A stretch of DNA of 64,000 bases from Botryllus schlosseri (lineage: Eukaryota): NCBI GenBank assembly GCA_051294905.1, contig CM119371.1, positions 27,902,001 to 27,966,000 of the forward strand, written 5' to 3'. Shown here piece by piece: positions 23,641 through 37,079 of this stretch. Every line of letters starts with the position of its first letter. The first letter of the stretch is position 1. The notes below the pieces were generated by a model. The model worked only from the letters and a program-made list of their open reading frames with translations, was not told where the DNA came from and searched no databases. The position numbers were made by a program, and so were the translations under genes.

Positions 23641-24870
23641 CAGTGTTGCCAACTCCGGATGGAAGAAAATCGCTAAAACTGGTGTCAAAAATCGCTAGAT
23701 GTCGCTAAATATTGAGAAAAAAGCGCTAAAAAATAGCGCTAAATCTGCATTAATTGCTAAGGGTGTTAAATTGAGCCATAATATCAATACATTCTTCTCA
23801 GCTATATTTCACTCGTCTGTGGCCAAAGTAACTTATCATATTTCTAGTTCATGATACGTAATAGCCATCTTTAAGCGGGACAAATCGTGCAGTGCATTTC
23901 GATGAAGCAGATCGCTTTGCACAATGATCGCTCTGTGTAATCATCACGCGTGCATAACCGCTCACTAAATAAGCGAGCCTTGCTCGATGCGTCCGTGAAT
24001 ACGTGATGCGATGTACCGTGGAAATGCGCTTGACTTTTCTAAACTGTGTTGGATTACTTGAACGCGACATGCGACTTTGCACAATTGTACACGACATGCG
24101 ACTTAACGCGACGCATCACGACTTGAACCGGCCGGGTTTTCCAGCCACTATAAGTAGTAACCTTGAGAAAATAATCCGAGGACCAACCCGTGGTATGAAA
24201 TTTAATAAATCTGGTCTTGAACGACAGCTAGTGTCACACTGATTCCGACAATACGAATTAAATTCTTGTCAAGACAATGCAACGTCCTCTAAACAGCCCT
24301 CAAAGTCTGAAAATCGGCATTGATCAGAACAATCACTGGACAAAATTGGTTATTGTTATGTTCATTGTGTCACGGCGGTGCCATTGTTGGAGCAATGCCG
24401 GCTTTCAGACTTTGAGGGCTGTTTCGGGGTGGTTCCATTGTCCGGACGAGATTTTCATTTGTATTTTCGATATCACTGCGACACTAGCTTTCGATCAAGG
24501 TCAATTATATTAAATTTCAGCGCTCAGGTCGCCATATATAGCACTGACAATGCTACGTTTAGATTACTCAGTAAGAAGAGACTCTGTCTGCCCATGCGTA
24601 ACCGCCGAGAGTTGCGTATCCATCCTTAGGTTAGTAATCTATAATTATATATCATCGGAGTCCGCACTCTGGTGGCCGGTATAGCCAATGCAGTTGTCGG
24701 GCAGAACTGATCTTTATTAGTTATTTTCGGTAAAAAAGCGCTAAATAATCGCTAAAAACTTTTCAAAAATCGCTAGATTTACCGCTAGGCGCTAGATCCA
24801 TATTTTTTGGCGCTAAACCGGATGAAAAATCGCTAGATCTAGCGCGAAAATCGCTAAATTGGCAACACTG
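23641..24870. mobile_element. Non-autonomous DNA transposon with CAGTGTTGCCAA TIRs and AAATCGCTA subterminal repeats
   Basis: Perfect 12-bp TIR; catctgg on both flanks, but separated from the left TIR by 3 nt (agc). Confidence 0.82.
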
Positions 24871-27800
24871 CATCTGGGTGTCGGATTTCAAAGACTAAAG
24901 ACGACTCCGAGTCGCTTCGACACCTCATCCTTTCACTGTATCGCAGTCTTGCGGTGTATCAAAATGATGAAATTGTAAATGATAAATTGAATTGAATTGA
25001 ATAGTTCTAGTTCCCCAATCGGATGTCATGAGCATGTCACGCGATCGCAGCGGAAATGCTGCATTGTTTATCCTGCATATTTTAGTATTCTGTAAATTCA
25101 GAACTGCAGAAATGCGATGAACAAGGAATTATACGCGCGACTGTCTGAACTGTTACTTATGGTCCACTTACAATAAACCTAGCCTAGATAATCCTTGCTT
25201 GATATACCATCACTCGACCGAGACTAATAACGAGCTATCTGTATCTAGGTGAATTCACTAACCGCCTATGATTGTCAGTGATCTTTAAATCGGCAGGCGA
25301 ATGAAAACACGTTTGTAACAACGGCGTAACAAAGCAAATATTTCGATTGCACCAAAGAAAAAACCGCCGACCGCAGATGTACATTAACCGTCATCATATT
25401 GTACGATTACGTAATGATCAGAAGAGGGTGAAATGCCATTCGTTAGAAACTTCTACATTCCTACTATACCCGTGGTATCGAACTATACGCATAACAAGTT
25501 ACATAAATGTAGGTTATATCAATCGAATGTTTATAAATGCCTTATTCACGCTGGTAAAGGTTTCACGAACTATATGGTGGATTATAAAAACGGTGACCAG
25601 GGTATAATTTCAGCGCGAAACCCAGTAATCAACGCCAAACCAACAGTAACACAACAGTAATACGAAGCACATTACATCAAACATAAACTTTGATGGGATG
25701 TCAATGAAGCACTAGTGTCATCATATTATATGCAACAGCGAAAAATACCATCACAGCACAGTAAGTAACCGAGTGCTTTCTCTTCCTGTAATTCACAACC
25801 ATCGCTGACCTGCTTTCAAGGCTGCCGCTGTCTCGCAATACGAAACCGTACAGTCAAATTTTCCACGCATAATTGTTGCGACGCAGGAAGCGAGCTATAT
25901 AATTCGCCGCGTTTAACTCCAAGCATTGTTTTGCTATTTTGATGGAAATGATACAATTTCTGCGCTAACCTCTTTCAGAAACCTAGCTATCTTGAATCAC
26001 TGAAAATTGCCTTCGTTGACACCGAACGGATTCACGCAGATTGTAATACATTTGCTCATTCCCCTCACTATACCCGTGCACGGAGCACACGCTTCAGGCA
26101 TGCCGCTGCCTGTCGCCATACGCTCAAAGCTATAGGTTGGTCATAAATAGTATACTGCACCACGTCCCGGATACTCCAATCACAGCCTGGCACTGATTGA
26201 CATGACTCGGGTTATGAGGTGGCAATCAAATTAATCCTAGTTTGCCGCTTGCGATAAATTTGCCAGTTGTTAGGGAACATGCTCATTCGTAATGCGTACG
26301 CAAATCATAGTGCGAATATAGACGATAAAGATATATAACCGTTAAGAAAGTAGAGCCACCTACCGGTGACAGTGTTTGTTGACATTTTGGTATTCAGTTT
26401 ATCATTCTTTCGACTATCTAACTGACTGACCACATTGCAGATTTTACACCAGACCGATACTCTTTATTGTGATTTCACTTGTATTTCTACTCAGTGTCGT
26501 TATAGCTTTTCGTGACACACTGCCTACGCGGATGGAAGTGGGAGGAGAAGCCTAGATAATCAGCCAACAGCTAGGAACGGATACTGGTGTCTACCTAAGT
26601 CAGACTCGGACATGCATGGTATTGCATGATCTTAATCCCCATTTTCAGTGCACGGCATACACGCTGATATTTCTGTTCATAGTAGTTTGCAACAGTAAAA
26701 TATTTGATATGATTCTATTTCGAATAAAATCGATAAAATCAGAAAACATCACCCTTTTAGGGCGGTTCATATGTTCGCAGGGAATCTCGTTAATTAATCT
26801 CCGACGAAACGACCACCAACAATAACTGATTCGCTCAATGATTGCCTTAAAATAGCGAATGAGCGACTTGTTCATGACTCACCGGAATGCCGCAGTTTTA
26901 GAATGCCACAATTTGGTAACGTTTGCCCCCTGGCGGTGAGATAATTCTGACTCGACTCGTTTGCAGAAATACTATTGAACTTCCCCTCAATTGATCATAA
27001 CATTGACAACAGTGACTCAGCAGCTTAACAAAACCGAATTCAATAACAATTTGTCGAAAGGTCACGATTCTCCGCGGACAAACTCAATTAGTTTTTGTTT
27101 AAATTTGGGTCAATAGTCGTGCAACCATTATATTTCCTGTGCAAATATAACTGCAGGCTAGTGATAAACAGCGACAATTCGACTTTTCTTGAAAATAACA
27201 TCAAAATACTTGTATTAGTATTAAGTATTAGTATTAAAATCAAGAAGTTTATACCAGTTAGGAGGATTCATCTCAGACAGCCATTCTGTTGATGTGAGTC
27301 CTGAAGTTTTAGCAGTTATGAAGCTTATAAACACTCTCATGATTTCCAGACTTTAGAAAATTACAAAATAGGGTGAATTTGATATTGCAAATGTAGAGGT
27401 TTCGCGGACCCCCGAAAATGCTTCGCTCATCACTATATAGGAACCACTGGCCTGTAGTTTGCACACGTTACTTATGTGTAATGGTAATTGTTGACAGCCT
27501 TACGCTTCTATGTGAAAGGAGCAGTGACGTGCGGTCCAATGAGGCAGGGGAGGCAGTGCCTCACCTGTCGTTAGAGTGAGTGAGTGAAATTATGAAAACC
27601 CTCGATGATTATTGATATTTTCCGTCGATGTTCATAAATAACTAAATCTGAACATTTTTTCACCCAACATCATCAATTTGCCTCATTATTATTCAAAAAT
27701 ACAGCGCGAAAGGAGAGGTGAGGCACGGGCGGGTCGTGCCTCACTTGGAACGATGCAATTCATCGTAAATAGCTCGAAATTCATAATAATTGGTATCAAT

Positions 27801-28454
27801 CAAATGCTATCGTCGCACTGATTCCGAAAATCCAAATATTAGCAGTGTCAGAGCACCAGAACCCCCAAAAATCATCAAAGAAGGTGACAGTCGGCTTTAT
27901 TACAGACAATGCCAACGCAGAAAAACAATGGCCAGAGGAGGCACAAACGAATCTAGCTCATGCACTATTCGCTAACAATCGGATAATTGCAGCAAAGTGA
28001 AACGTTCTATCGATTGCGGAATCCAACAGTCTTGTAGGAATTGCATAGTAGCGACGACAAATACATATGTTATATATTTTCCATCCATAGATACGTTAAA
28101 TTGTGGTATGTGATAGCTACTAGCATAGCCTATTGTCGTTTTTTGTGGCCTTTATGCTGTGTTCAAATTCAATAGCTGTAGTGTATAACCTTAAATTGTG
28201 ATATGTGATTGACGTACTTACATAGCCTGCGTGGTCGTTGTTTGTGGTCGTTTATAGTGTTTTTGACTGCAATACTTATTTACACCAGGTCGATTCTAAT
28301 GACATCTCAATCCCCAATCATGAATATCACCCTGATTTGTCACAGGCTGGCTGATGTCTAATCATTTAGGTGTGATAATAGTGAGTGACGTATTTAGTTT
28401 TGCTGATCAAATACAGAACCGCAGTGATTAAACAGCGCGCTTGGGGCTCCCAAA

Positions 28455-30600
28455 ATGGAAGAGGATTATATATCCAAGCTTCGGGATTTCTCAAAACTGG
28501 AGTTTCGCGCAAAAATAGAAGTGAACAGCAACGGAAGACCAACGCCGCAACTAAAAGGTTTGCTTCAAAATATGGGAAAGAAGAAAATGCGCACTTTTCA
28601 ATCGGACTGGTATACCCGAAAAGAATGGCTGTGTGGCTGCGCTTTAAAAAATCGTCTTTACTGCTTTCCCTGCCTTTTGTTTTTTCAACTTCTAACAATG
28701 TCTGGACTAACACGGGATATTGTGACTTGAAAAATTTGCCACGAAGCCTCAGCAGACATGAGAGATCGACAACTCATATTCAAAGCACGATTTCTGCAAA
28801 ATATTTCGGAAATTCCAGGATCGATACGGCTTTGAACGAACAGCGGAGACTCGATATTAGCATCCACAATGCAAACGTAACGGAAAACCGAGATATTTTA
28901 AAAGACCTGATCAATGCAACCTGCTTCTTAGGTAAACAGGAGCTAGCATTTCAAGGCAACAATGAGAAGGCAAGGTCTACAAATCGCGGCAATTATGTAG
29001 AGCTGTTACATGCTTTTGCCGAGAAAGATGAAAGGTTGGCAAGACATTTGGAGACATCCAGTGTGTTTTCTGGCTTGTCAAATCGAACGCAGAACGATTT
29101 AATTGAGGCAGTCGGTGATATAATTCGTAATGAATGATATAAAAAGTGAGATTAATGCTGCCAAATTTGTCGCTGTAGAGGTAGACGAGACAACGGATGT
29201 CACAAATAAAGCACAGATTTCTGTTATTTTCCGCTATGTAGAAAAAAGGGGATTAGACTGTGAAGTCAAGGAGGCCTTTTTGGGATTTGATGACGTAAGT
29301 GAGGACAGACGAGCGTCTGCGGTAGCTTCGTATGTCTTGGGTGTATTGGAAAAGTACAGCTGTGTCGAAAAGCTAGTAGCTCAGACATATGACGGGCTGC
29401 TGTGCTGGCATCAGAGCTTAATGGAGTGCAAGCTAAAATTAAAGAAAAAGTACCAGAGGCCATGTTCACACACTGCTATGCACGCAAGCTTAACCTTGTG
29501 CTCCAGCATTCAGCAAAATGTATGCCTGAGAGCAGAGCGTTTTTTAAAACACTTGAGGGACTAGGGTCATTTTTTACCAAATCCTCGAAGCGCACCAGTT
29601 TATTGGATGAAGTTGTGAAACGGCGCTTACCAAGAGCAGCGGCCACAAGATGGAGTTCAAATTCCCGCCTGCTACAGACAACAAGCATGTACCAATCTGA
29701 TCTGCGTGCCGTATTTCGCATCATTATTGAAAATCCTGACAATTGGGATAATGAAACTCGAATGATGGCCGCTGGATATTATCGTTGGCTGACAAAAGCA
29801 TCAACATGCTTTTTAATTATGGCATATGAAGACGTATTTTGTGAAACCGATGCGCTTTTTAGAGTGTTGCAAAACAAGGTCATGGACATTGGCTATTGTT
29901 GTGCGCGAATCCAGGACACCATCGAAGCTGTTGAACGCATGAGAAGAGAGTTTAACATGATGTACCAGCGATTTGAACAGAAATGCAGTAGACTTGAACT
30001 AACCGATAGCGGAAGAAATCAGTCGGCCAGAGATGAGAGAAAACGAATGTTCTAGAGCATTCTGGATAACATCCTTGTTCAAATGAAAGCTAGGTTCGAT
30101 CATTTTGGGGAGCTAGCTTTCCTCGGTTTGGTCGACTGTACAAAAATTTAATGAGATGTCACGACATTTTGATGACACCAAACTACAGAGCCTGTCAAAA
30201 TATGCAAAGTTTTTTTGACTTTGTTAGACTAAAGACTGACCTCATCGCACTGTACAGCTCGCAAACAGTGAGGAATGAGTGCAAATCTCCAGGAGAGCTT
30301 CTGAGATTTTTAACCCAGAAAGATCTGCTTCAGACGGTTCCAGAGGCTACAAAGTTGCTCCAACTGGTGCTAACTGTGCCAGCTACTATAGCGTCAGTGG
30401 AAAGGTCTTTCTCTGCGTTAAAAAGACTCAAGACATACAGTTGAAATAGGACCGATTCAGGGCGACTTTCCTCTTTGGCCCTCATCTCAATTGAGGCGAA
30501 GAGACTTTTGAAACTGAAGGAGAACAAGGAGGACTTTTACAACAAAGTCACAGAAATTTTTGTGGCAAAGGATAGGCGCATGGACTTTATTTACAAATAA
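28455..30600 (+). pseudogene. hAT transposase pseudogene (TTF-type zinc finger, DDE core, C-terminal dimerization domain)
   Basis: Consecutive ORF pieces: WYTRKEWL..LYCFPCLLF, NRGNYVELL, VDETTD, YDG, HCYA(R)KLNL, TRW, VERSFSALKRLKTY, RRMDFIYK*. About five frameshifts (~28680, 29130, 29395, 30145, 30210) and two in-frame stops (30053, 30442). Confidence 0.93.
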
Positions 30601-30737
30601 TGTCCACAAACAGTGTCCGTTCCAATCCTTGAGACAATGTAATACCGAAATTAAGTTCTTGAATAATATTTCTTGTGTTTCTTTTCATACTTTTCGTTGA
30701 GTAATCTGTAATAAATCGATTAAAACTGAATATTTCA

Positions 30738-30787
30738 CGTGCGTGCGTGTTTGTGTGTGTGTGTGTGTGTGTGTGGGGGGGGGGGGG
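30738..30787. repeat. (TG)n plus poly-G tract in the 3' subterminal region of the hAT
   Basis: Read directly from the sequence. Confidence 0.9.
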
Positions 30788-32053
30788 TTCGTGCCTCCCC
30801 AACCACGAACTTCACCGCAAGTCACTGGAAAGGAGTAACTTCCAATCGGAAATAATGATATGAAAAGTAGCCTACTCGAGTATGTGGTTTCAAAATGTAG
30901 ACTTGGCCGGGAGCTAAGCGTTGTCTACTTTTAGCAGATAATTGGAGATGAATACTTTTAGAAGAGCGAGGTACATCTTCGCGATTGGCGGAAAATTCAT
31001 AATGGCACTACCGATAGGTGCGGTTTCCGAAAATAAATTCAGTTACCGACGTACAGAGGCTATTTTGCCAGGTTGGCATTACAACTTCACTCAAAAATGT
31101 GATGCAAACACACCCCAAAACCAATTTCTACGTTACATAATTCAAAGTCTGAAAAGCAGCTCGGCCTGAAAACTGTTAGGTATTAATTAGAAGTAGTCTA
31201 AAACATAAACGCATGAGTTGATATAGTCCAAGAAGGCAAAACGTAAAGCACTCCATAAAGGTAGAAATGTTCGTTGATTACCGCGTCTGGTACGAGGACT
31301 GTGCTTTAATTTTCAGAAGCTCTGTGCACATGCACATACGCTGGCTTCTAATAATAGAAGTCAAAAGGCCGAATATCTACGTGACCCATCCTATTCTGCA
31401 CAACAAAAAAACCGACCCGATAACATCAGAATGTCGCGATTGCTTGTTGGTGTGCGAGGAATCTTGTTGTTCGATCTTTGACAAAACGATGACCACAAGA
31501 TCCTAAAATTACTTGCCGAGAGATTTATGACTCGTAAGAATACGTAGATTGATAATGTCACGATTCCTCCCATGTAATTGAATGAATATAAATATATGCA
31601 TGAACTCTTCACAATAATAACATGAACTCCTGCGATTTAATCAGAACAGCACTACAGGAACAAGCAGCTAATCTGATCGGCGAGTCGATTAATGCGCCGT
31701 TGAGCAGTGAAGTCACTGCATGCCAACCAGATTCATGCTAGATAATAACATTCTATGGCAGGCGACGTGTTTACCATAGAGCACATTTGGTTTCCAACCG
31801 ACACGAATTTCTTTCCAAGATAGCTCAAAGCATTCGACAAACATTCAAGTGGAAGCAAAAGACGACAAGTCTGAAAAATATTCATGTAAGTATATGGTTG
31901 TTGCAGCAGTAATAAGAGGGTCCCATACGTGTAACAGGTAATCGGAGGTGGCTACTTTCATAAATGCTAGATATATTTGGGACTAATGCAAATCGAAATA
32001 GGACACGACTACAAATACCCCCATTTTTTGAAAATGTATTCAGGTACCGCGCA

Positions 32054-32330
32054 TTGTTATTGTTGTTTGTAGTATTCATGGTGTTTTTCGACAACTATGC
32101 TCATCTACACCAGGCCAATCTTCTTCATTTTCATCCCGTAGATGCCGATTTGTAGCACGGCGGACTTCTAGGCTTTTATAAGACGCCTCCTACAATGATG
32201 AGATGGCGAGAAGGAGCCTATCACCTCCAGCACTTTGGTGGGAATTCCGGAGTCGAACTAGGTCCGACCCGAACTAGCAACCCATTGATGTTGCAGCTGT
32301 GGATTATATCACTATACGCTATCTCGTCAC
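32054..32330 (-). mobile_element. tRNA-derived SINE, family 1 (diverged copy)
   Basis: Reverse complement aligns with 46366..46639 from GTGACGAGATAGCG to the (CAA)n tail. Confidence 0.85.
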
Positions 32331-32538
32331 TCATGTCACCAGTTTGTGGGCAATGGGCTAGGCCTAATATACGCAGTCGTCATGACACAATCACTCGTAA
32401 ACGTGATAGAATACACCGCTTACTACTGCACAAAATCAATGTTTTAAAAGAACGTTGTTTTACTTCAGAAATGTTAATGGCATCCTTCATTTAGGATTGG
32501 TCGTGAAGACGTACCCTGAAAGTTCAAAAGTATCAACC

Positions 32539-32577
32539 TGTTGCTGCTGCTGTTGTTGTTGTTGTTGCTGTTGTTGT
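32539..32577. repeat. (TGY)n trinucleotide microsatellite
   Basis: tgttgctgctgctgttgttgt... run. Confidence 0.9.
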
Positions 32578-32631
32578 AGATTATGTTTGTTTGACGATTA
32601 CATTCGTCAAAATACAAGATTCCTTTTAATA

Positions 32632-33714
32632 CATCCCTGGGCAAAGTGCGGCCCACGGGCCAAATGCGGCCCGCGAAGCCATTCTGTGTGGTCCGCGACA
32701 GGTTGCTTGGCATTCGAAACATAAAACTTACTTTTTGAATGACTAAATCCGCAGGCTGTATCAAAATGAACAGGAAATTCGTTTACTTAGAAGCCTGTTC
32801 ATTATTATGCCACGATTACGCTGCCTACGTACCTGACATGCGTAATCCAGATTTAAAATTAAGGCAATGTCGCAAAGTATGAGAAGAAATTTAAATCACA
32901 AAAAAATCACTTTTTCCGTATAGTTTAGTTCAAACCTTCCTTGTTGCCATTGTCACATTACGCATTATACGGTATGTGTTTCAATGTGTTACGTCATATG
33001 CTTCCAAATCCCTAATTCTCGAAACAAGTCAATCAGCGCTTGCGATTACTATACGACTCATCATATCCATTACCCATGAAGGAAGCCATGCCGAAAACTG
33101 AAATTCAAAGAAGATTTAGGTTCAGAATTTAGAGCACTTAATATTCGTCTACTGGAGTCATGGGTAAACCCGTCCTTTCGGTTTTTGCCGAGCACGACGC
33201 TGAGATTAAGGATTTAATTAAAGTCGGTCTTATGACAAAAACACGAAACACTCGGCGAAGGAAGGGCGAAGATCAGAAAAACTGCATATACATTTCAGTG
33301 CAATGGTTCTCGAACTGGAAGACGTGAAAGCATGAGAATGGTGGCGCGAAGCCGGCTTATAGTTGTTGCTCTGCCTACTGTCCTACTTTTATATTTCACA
33401 GGTCTCTCATCAACACCCATAATCGTCCACTGTTTTAAATTCTTAATAGGAGAACATGGATAGGTGTTTAAAATGAGCTAAAATGTATCATGTTTACCAT
33501 TGTTTCAAACATGACAGCAAATAGATATTTTTTTAATCAACCATCAATTTCTCATTACCTAATATCAACACATTCACTGAGCAGCATTTATTAACAATGT
33601 AATTTGCAAATAAAATTATTGTACGCTGGAGAATATATCTAAAATAGTTATCGGCCCGCCAACGTATTTATTGTTCTCGTTTGGCCCGCGGAGGAAAATA
33701 ATTCCCCACCCCAG
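32632..33714 (+). mobile_element. Internally deleted Buster/SPIN-type hAT
   Basis: Exact TSD ttttaata; degenerate CAGGGGTGGGCAA-type ends; GGCCCGC motifs; decayed N-terminal transposase remnant (MPK...GKPV) near 33090-33250. Confidence 0.75.
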
Positions 33715-35849
33715 TTTTAATACATTAAAACGTTTAAACTCAAATGTATGGCAAATTCGACAACGTATGAAAAAAATCAGTCCGTAGGTTAGCAAGTTCA
33801 TTACGGTGGGAGCGATATTTTTCGTCCGTCACGTGTTGATGGTGCCTCTGGTGTCTCTGATTGCGACATTTCAATAAATAATGGCTGACGCTCTCTACTT
33901 GATTGAACAATTTACTGAATCTGTTATTCTCAATTTAAGCAGGTGAGCTGGTCCCGTCCGCAATGTCCGGTTTGTAGCCGATTGACATTATCAATATTAT
34001 TATAAGTAATGGCACATTGACGGTGGCGCTTCTCGCCGTTTTCAGGGTTTTTGCACCACGACACGGATATTTGTAATGTTCCTATTTCTTTGCCTTTCGT
34101 AATCTTGAGAACGACTTTCACTCTTTCTTTCATTCAGAAGTCCGTCTCTGTCGCTTCTATGCTTCCCCATTGTGGTCTTTGCTGCCGACTTGTAACACGG
34201 CTCTCTCTACGTCTGGGCTTTTCAACGTACTATACGGTAGCTGTGAGGTCGGCGATGAGGAGCCGGCAGAACCTTGATTGAAAACCACTTCCATTGGTGT
34301 CTTGACTGCCGTGATTAACCAACTGCGTCACTCGCTTCCCCAAAAATCGTTTGACATCTTTTCGGCAGTCTATTCGTGTCTACTCTGTGGTAAACGGTTG
34401 GAAAACAATCCTGACATTATTGTATCCACCTGGCTTTGACGATGTTTCGACCAAATTTTCTATTTTGAAGCTACTACCTTGAGTACATTTCAAAGCTTTA
34501 TTTTCTATTTCCACTTAGAGGGTATGTATTGGATATCGCTACTTCGACCTGTATTTTAGTGAAATATACGTGGGAGCTTCTACTCCTACTTGAGTACCAA
34601 TGAAGTCTACTTTGAGCAGCCGTGGTTGGTCAGCAGGTATGTTCTGCTTGAGTTATTCAAAATTAATTAAAGAATGTTACCAACGGGTTCTGTTCAGTTA
34701 CCACAATGCGATCTGTTAACAGCTTGCATCTACTTATGGTAATATAGGCATATACTTCGTCCAAAAACGCTTTTCCGGGCACATTATAAAAGCTCGGAGA
34801 AAGTATGACACCATAAATAAAACCCTATGTTCCTCGAAAACAATATCTCGTGTTGCAATCTCAAGAATCTGCGATATATATTGCAAACGGTATAGACTTA
34901 GGAAACCTCCGATTTGAGAACATGAAAAATAACTCTCTTAATAAGGGGCGTGAAATCCCCGCCCATTTATACGAACAGCGATAAATCGTATATAACCCGA
35001 ATATCTCCTGGCTCTGTGTAGATGAGAGTCGGCAGAGCATGCCGCGTAGGAAGATAAGTGGGTGTGCTTTGATTCAGAGGGGGTCAAAGTAGTCAGAATT
35101 TTTCCTCAAAACAGTAGTAGAATTCATACTTGGACAATCACATAATTCTAGTTGCGTAATAGTACTAATCAAGGCGAAATGCTGGTTATATAATTCAAGT
35201 TAAATTCCTGAAATCTTTCAATGCTATCATTTCAGCTCTAAGCTATTTCACGGTTTCCTAAAAATGCTACAGCAGAACTGTGTAGTGCAAAACGAACCAA
35301 GCTCGGGGTAAAGACATTCGCCATTCTCGTGCTTATGATAATGAACTCCGATTGGTATGAACTGAACTTTTCGTTGTATTTCTTTCCAATCCGGAGTGTA
35401 GTTCAATTTCCAAGTTTTCGCGAAGTCCCAAGCTCTGATTCTAATTGAATTTGCTGATGCTGAAAATTTTAAAGCTGTTAAATTCCGGTGGGAATAAAGT
35501 CGTAACTTTACTACTCAATTGCAAGTAAAATTTGCTTGCAGACAAGCCAAAGCTGCATAAAGCAGAAGTAGGAAAGAAAATGTCCGAAAATTATTCAATG
35601 AAGTAGTTTAAAAAATCGGTCTGGTCGAGGGCTCCCATATTATTAGTTAGTTACCTGGATGTGGCTATTCTCGAGATTACAGCATATATCTTCAGAAATA
35701 CATGCGGTTACCGTGATGCAATAGATATTTCAGGCGGTTCTTCTGATAATTTCACTCCCGAAAGCGACTGATGCATATTCAAAAGAGACTTTAAACTTTT
35801 TAAAATTCCAATTGTAAAAGGTGAGTAGTTATGCCTTCATCGTATCGGA

Positions 35850-37079
35850 TCTTCATCGTAATTAATTATCTTCATGATGGCATCCATGTGATTTTATGGT
35901 AGTCAGTCTGCTGAGTCGAGATAAAATTGCCTTGACCAGATAAACGTGCTACCGCCAAGAGTTGTTTACATTCTTTCGCGCCGACGGCCGTGGGTTTAGC
36001 CGACAACGCCAACTCGAATCATATTTTCCACTTCGAAAATATCGAGAGAAGAAGCGTTTCGGAAACGAACCAAGCACCTTGTCGTGCTACCTTTCTCATT
36101 GTCCAATGTCCCCAGACGCATAGGCTACTCTGGCAACTACGAGTACAATGCGTGCCAAAAGAAAACACCATACAGCCACTATATTGGCCATCCGCAAATC
36201 CGGGCCGAAAAAGGACTTTATCAGCCCACCCAAAAAACGTTGGTGTTGGGCCGCCACAGGGCGATAAGCCAAACTTCTTGGGGCTTCGACCCCAAACTCT
36301 GCAGTTGGGTGGATGTTTCCACCTGTACTGGTGAGCACATTCATTCTGCACCGTGGAAGCAGAGAGTTCATGTAGCTTAATCGCGCCAATAGCGAAAATT
36401 TTCGATCATTCATGGTTGAATCGGTAATCTCGTTGCCGAATTTCTTTTGGACACCTTTCGGAGTCCCACGTTAGCCCAAACTTCATTATGTGTCGGCACG
36501 TCGTGGTGCGGTAATGGCTGACGTCGAAATGCCCATTTAAATCATGCGCATTCGTCGGAGAAGGGCACCTAATACGCAAAACATTTAGTGACACTAAATC
36601 GCACGAAAAGAGTTTGAAAAATGTTGGAAAAAGTTTCAAAAGAATACGCCATGATTTATGTTCAATTGCAAAATAATTTTGGGCTCTTTTTGAGGTCCGC
36701 CCCTCTCCAATTGGGCGGTTTGGGGTGCCCCAGTTACGGTCCTGCACAAAATTAATGAATCGAAAACGAATGGTCCCGCAAACTGTGATGTGTAGCGATG
36801 AGTCAGCTCGTATCTGTTCTGTACTTGTCGCTTCGCTCGCATGTCGTCAAATGACACGTTATGTACTTTAAGACAAATCGAACATGTTTCCAGCCCTAAT
36901 GTTACCTCACGAAGTTATGAATCAGTTTAAAACTTGATGTTTTATTTATTTTATCAATGGAAAAGTCTTCAACATTGCATCTTGAAATTAAGGTATATAA
37001 TTGTAATATACCTGACGGACCGGCAGGTATGTCGTCGTGGACCGGCACCGGTCCGCGGACCGGTGGTTGAGAACCACTG
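35850..37079 (-). mobile_element. Partial inverted copy of the composite hAT element at 45112..46675
   Basis: Ends gttgagaaccactg at 37079. About 1.2 kb is reverse-complement similar to 45112-46230 and contains a CAGGGCCGTAAC-family insert at ~36200-36744. Confidence 0.85.

Larger units (their letters stand above)
27522..30827 (+). mobile_element. Full-length hAT DNA transposon (Tip100/ZMYM1-like class), disabled
   Basis: 14-bp TIR cagtgacgtgcggt / accgcaagtcactg (1 mismatch); exact 8-bp TSD gaaaggag (27514-27521, 30828-30835); internal transposase. Confidence 0.96.

Noticed and set aside
32455..32724. ORF with a poly-cysteine run
   Set aside because: Translation of a (TGY)n microsatellite running into a MITE.
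33930..34330. Purine-rich minus-strand segment with short ORFs
   Set aside because: Frames are interrupted by stops, with no motif or convincing splice sites.
35990..36857. Cluster of overlapping 70-114-aa ORFs, and similar ones at 45638-46037
   Set aside because: Inside a repeated non-coding composite transposon; frames are not conserved between the two copies.
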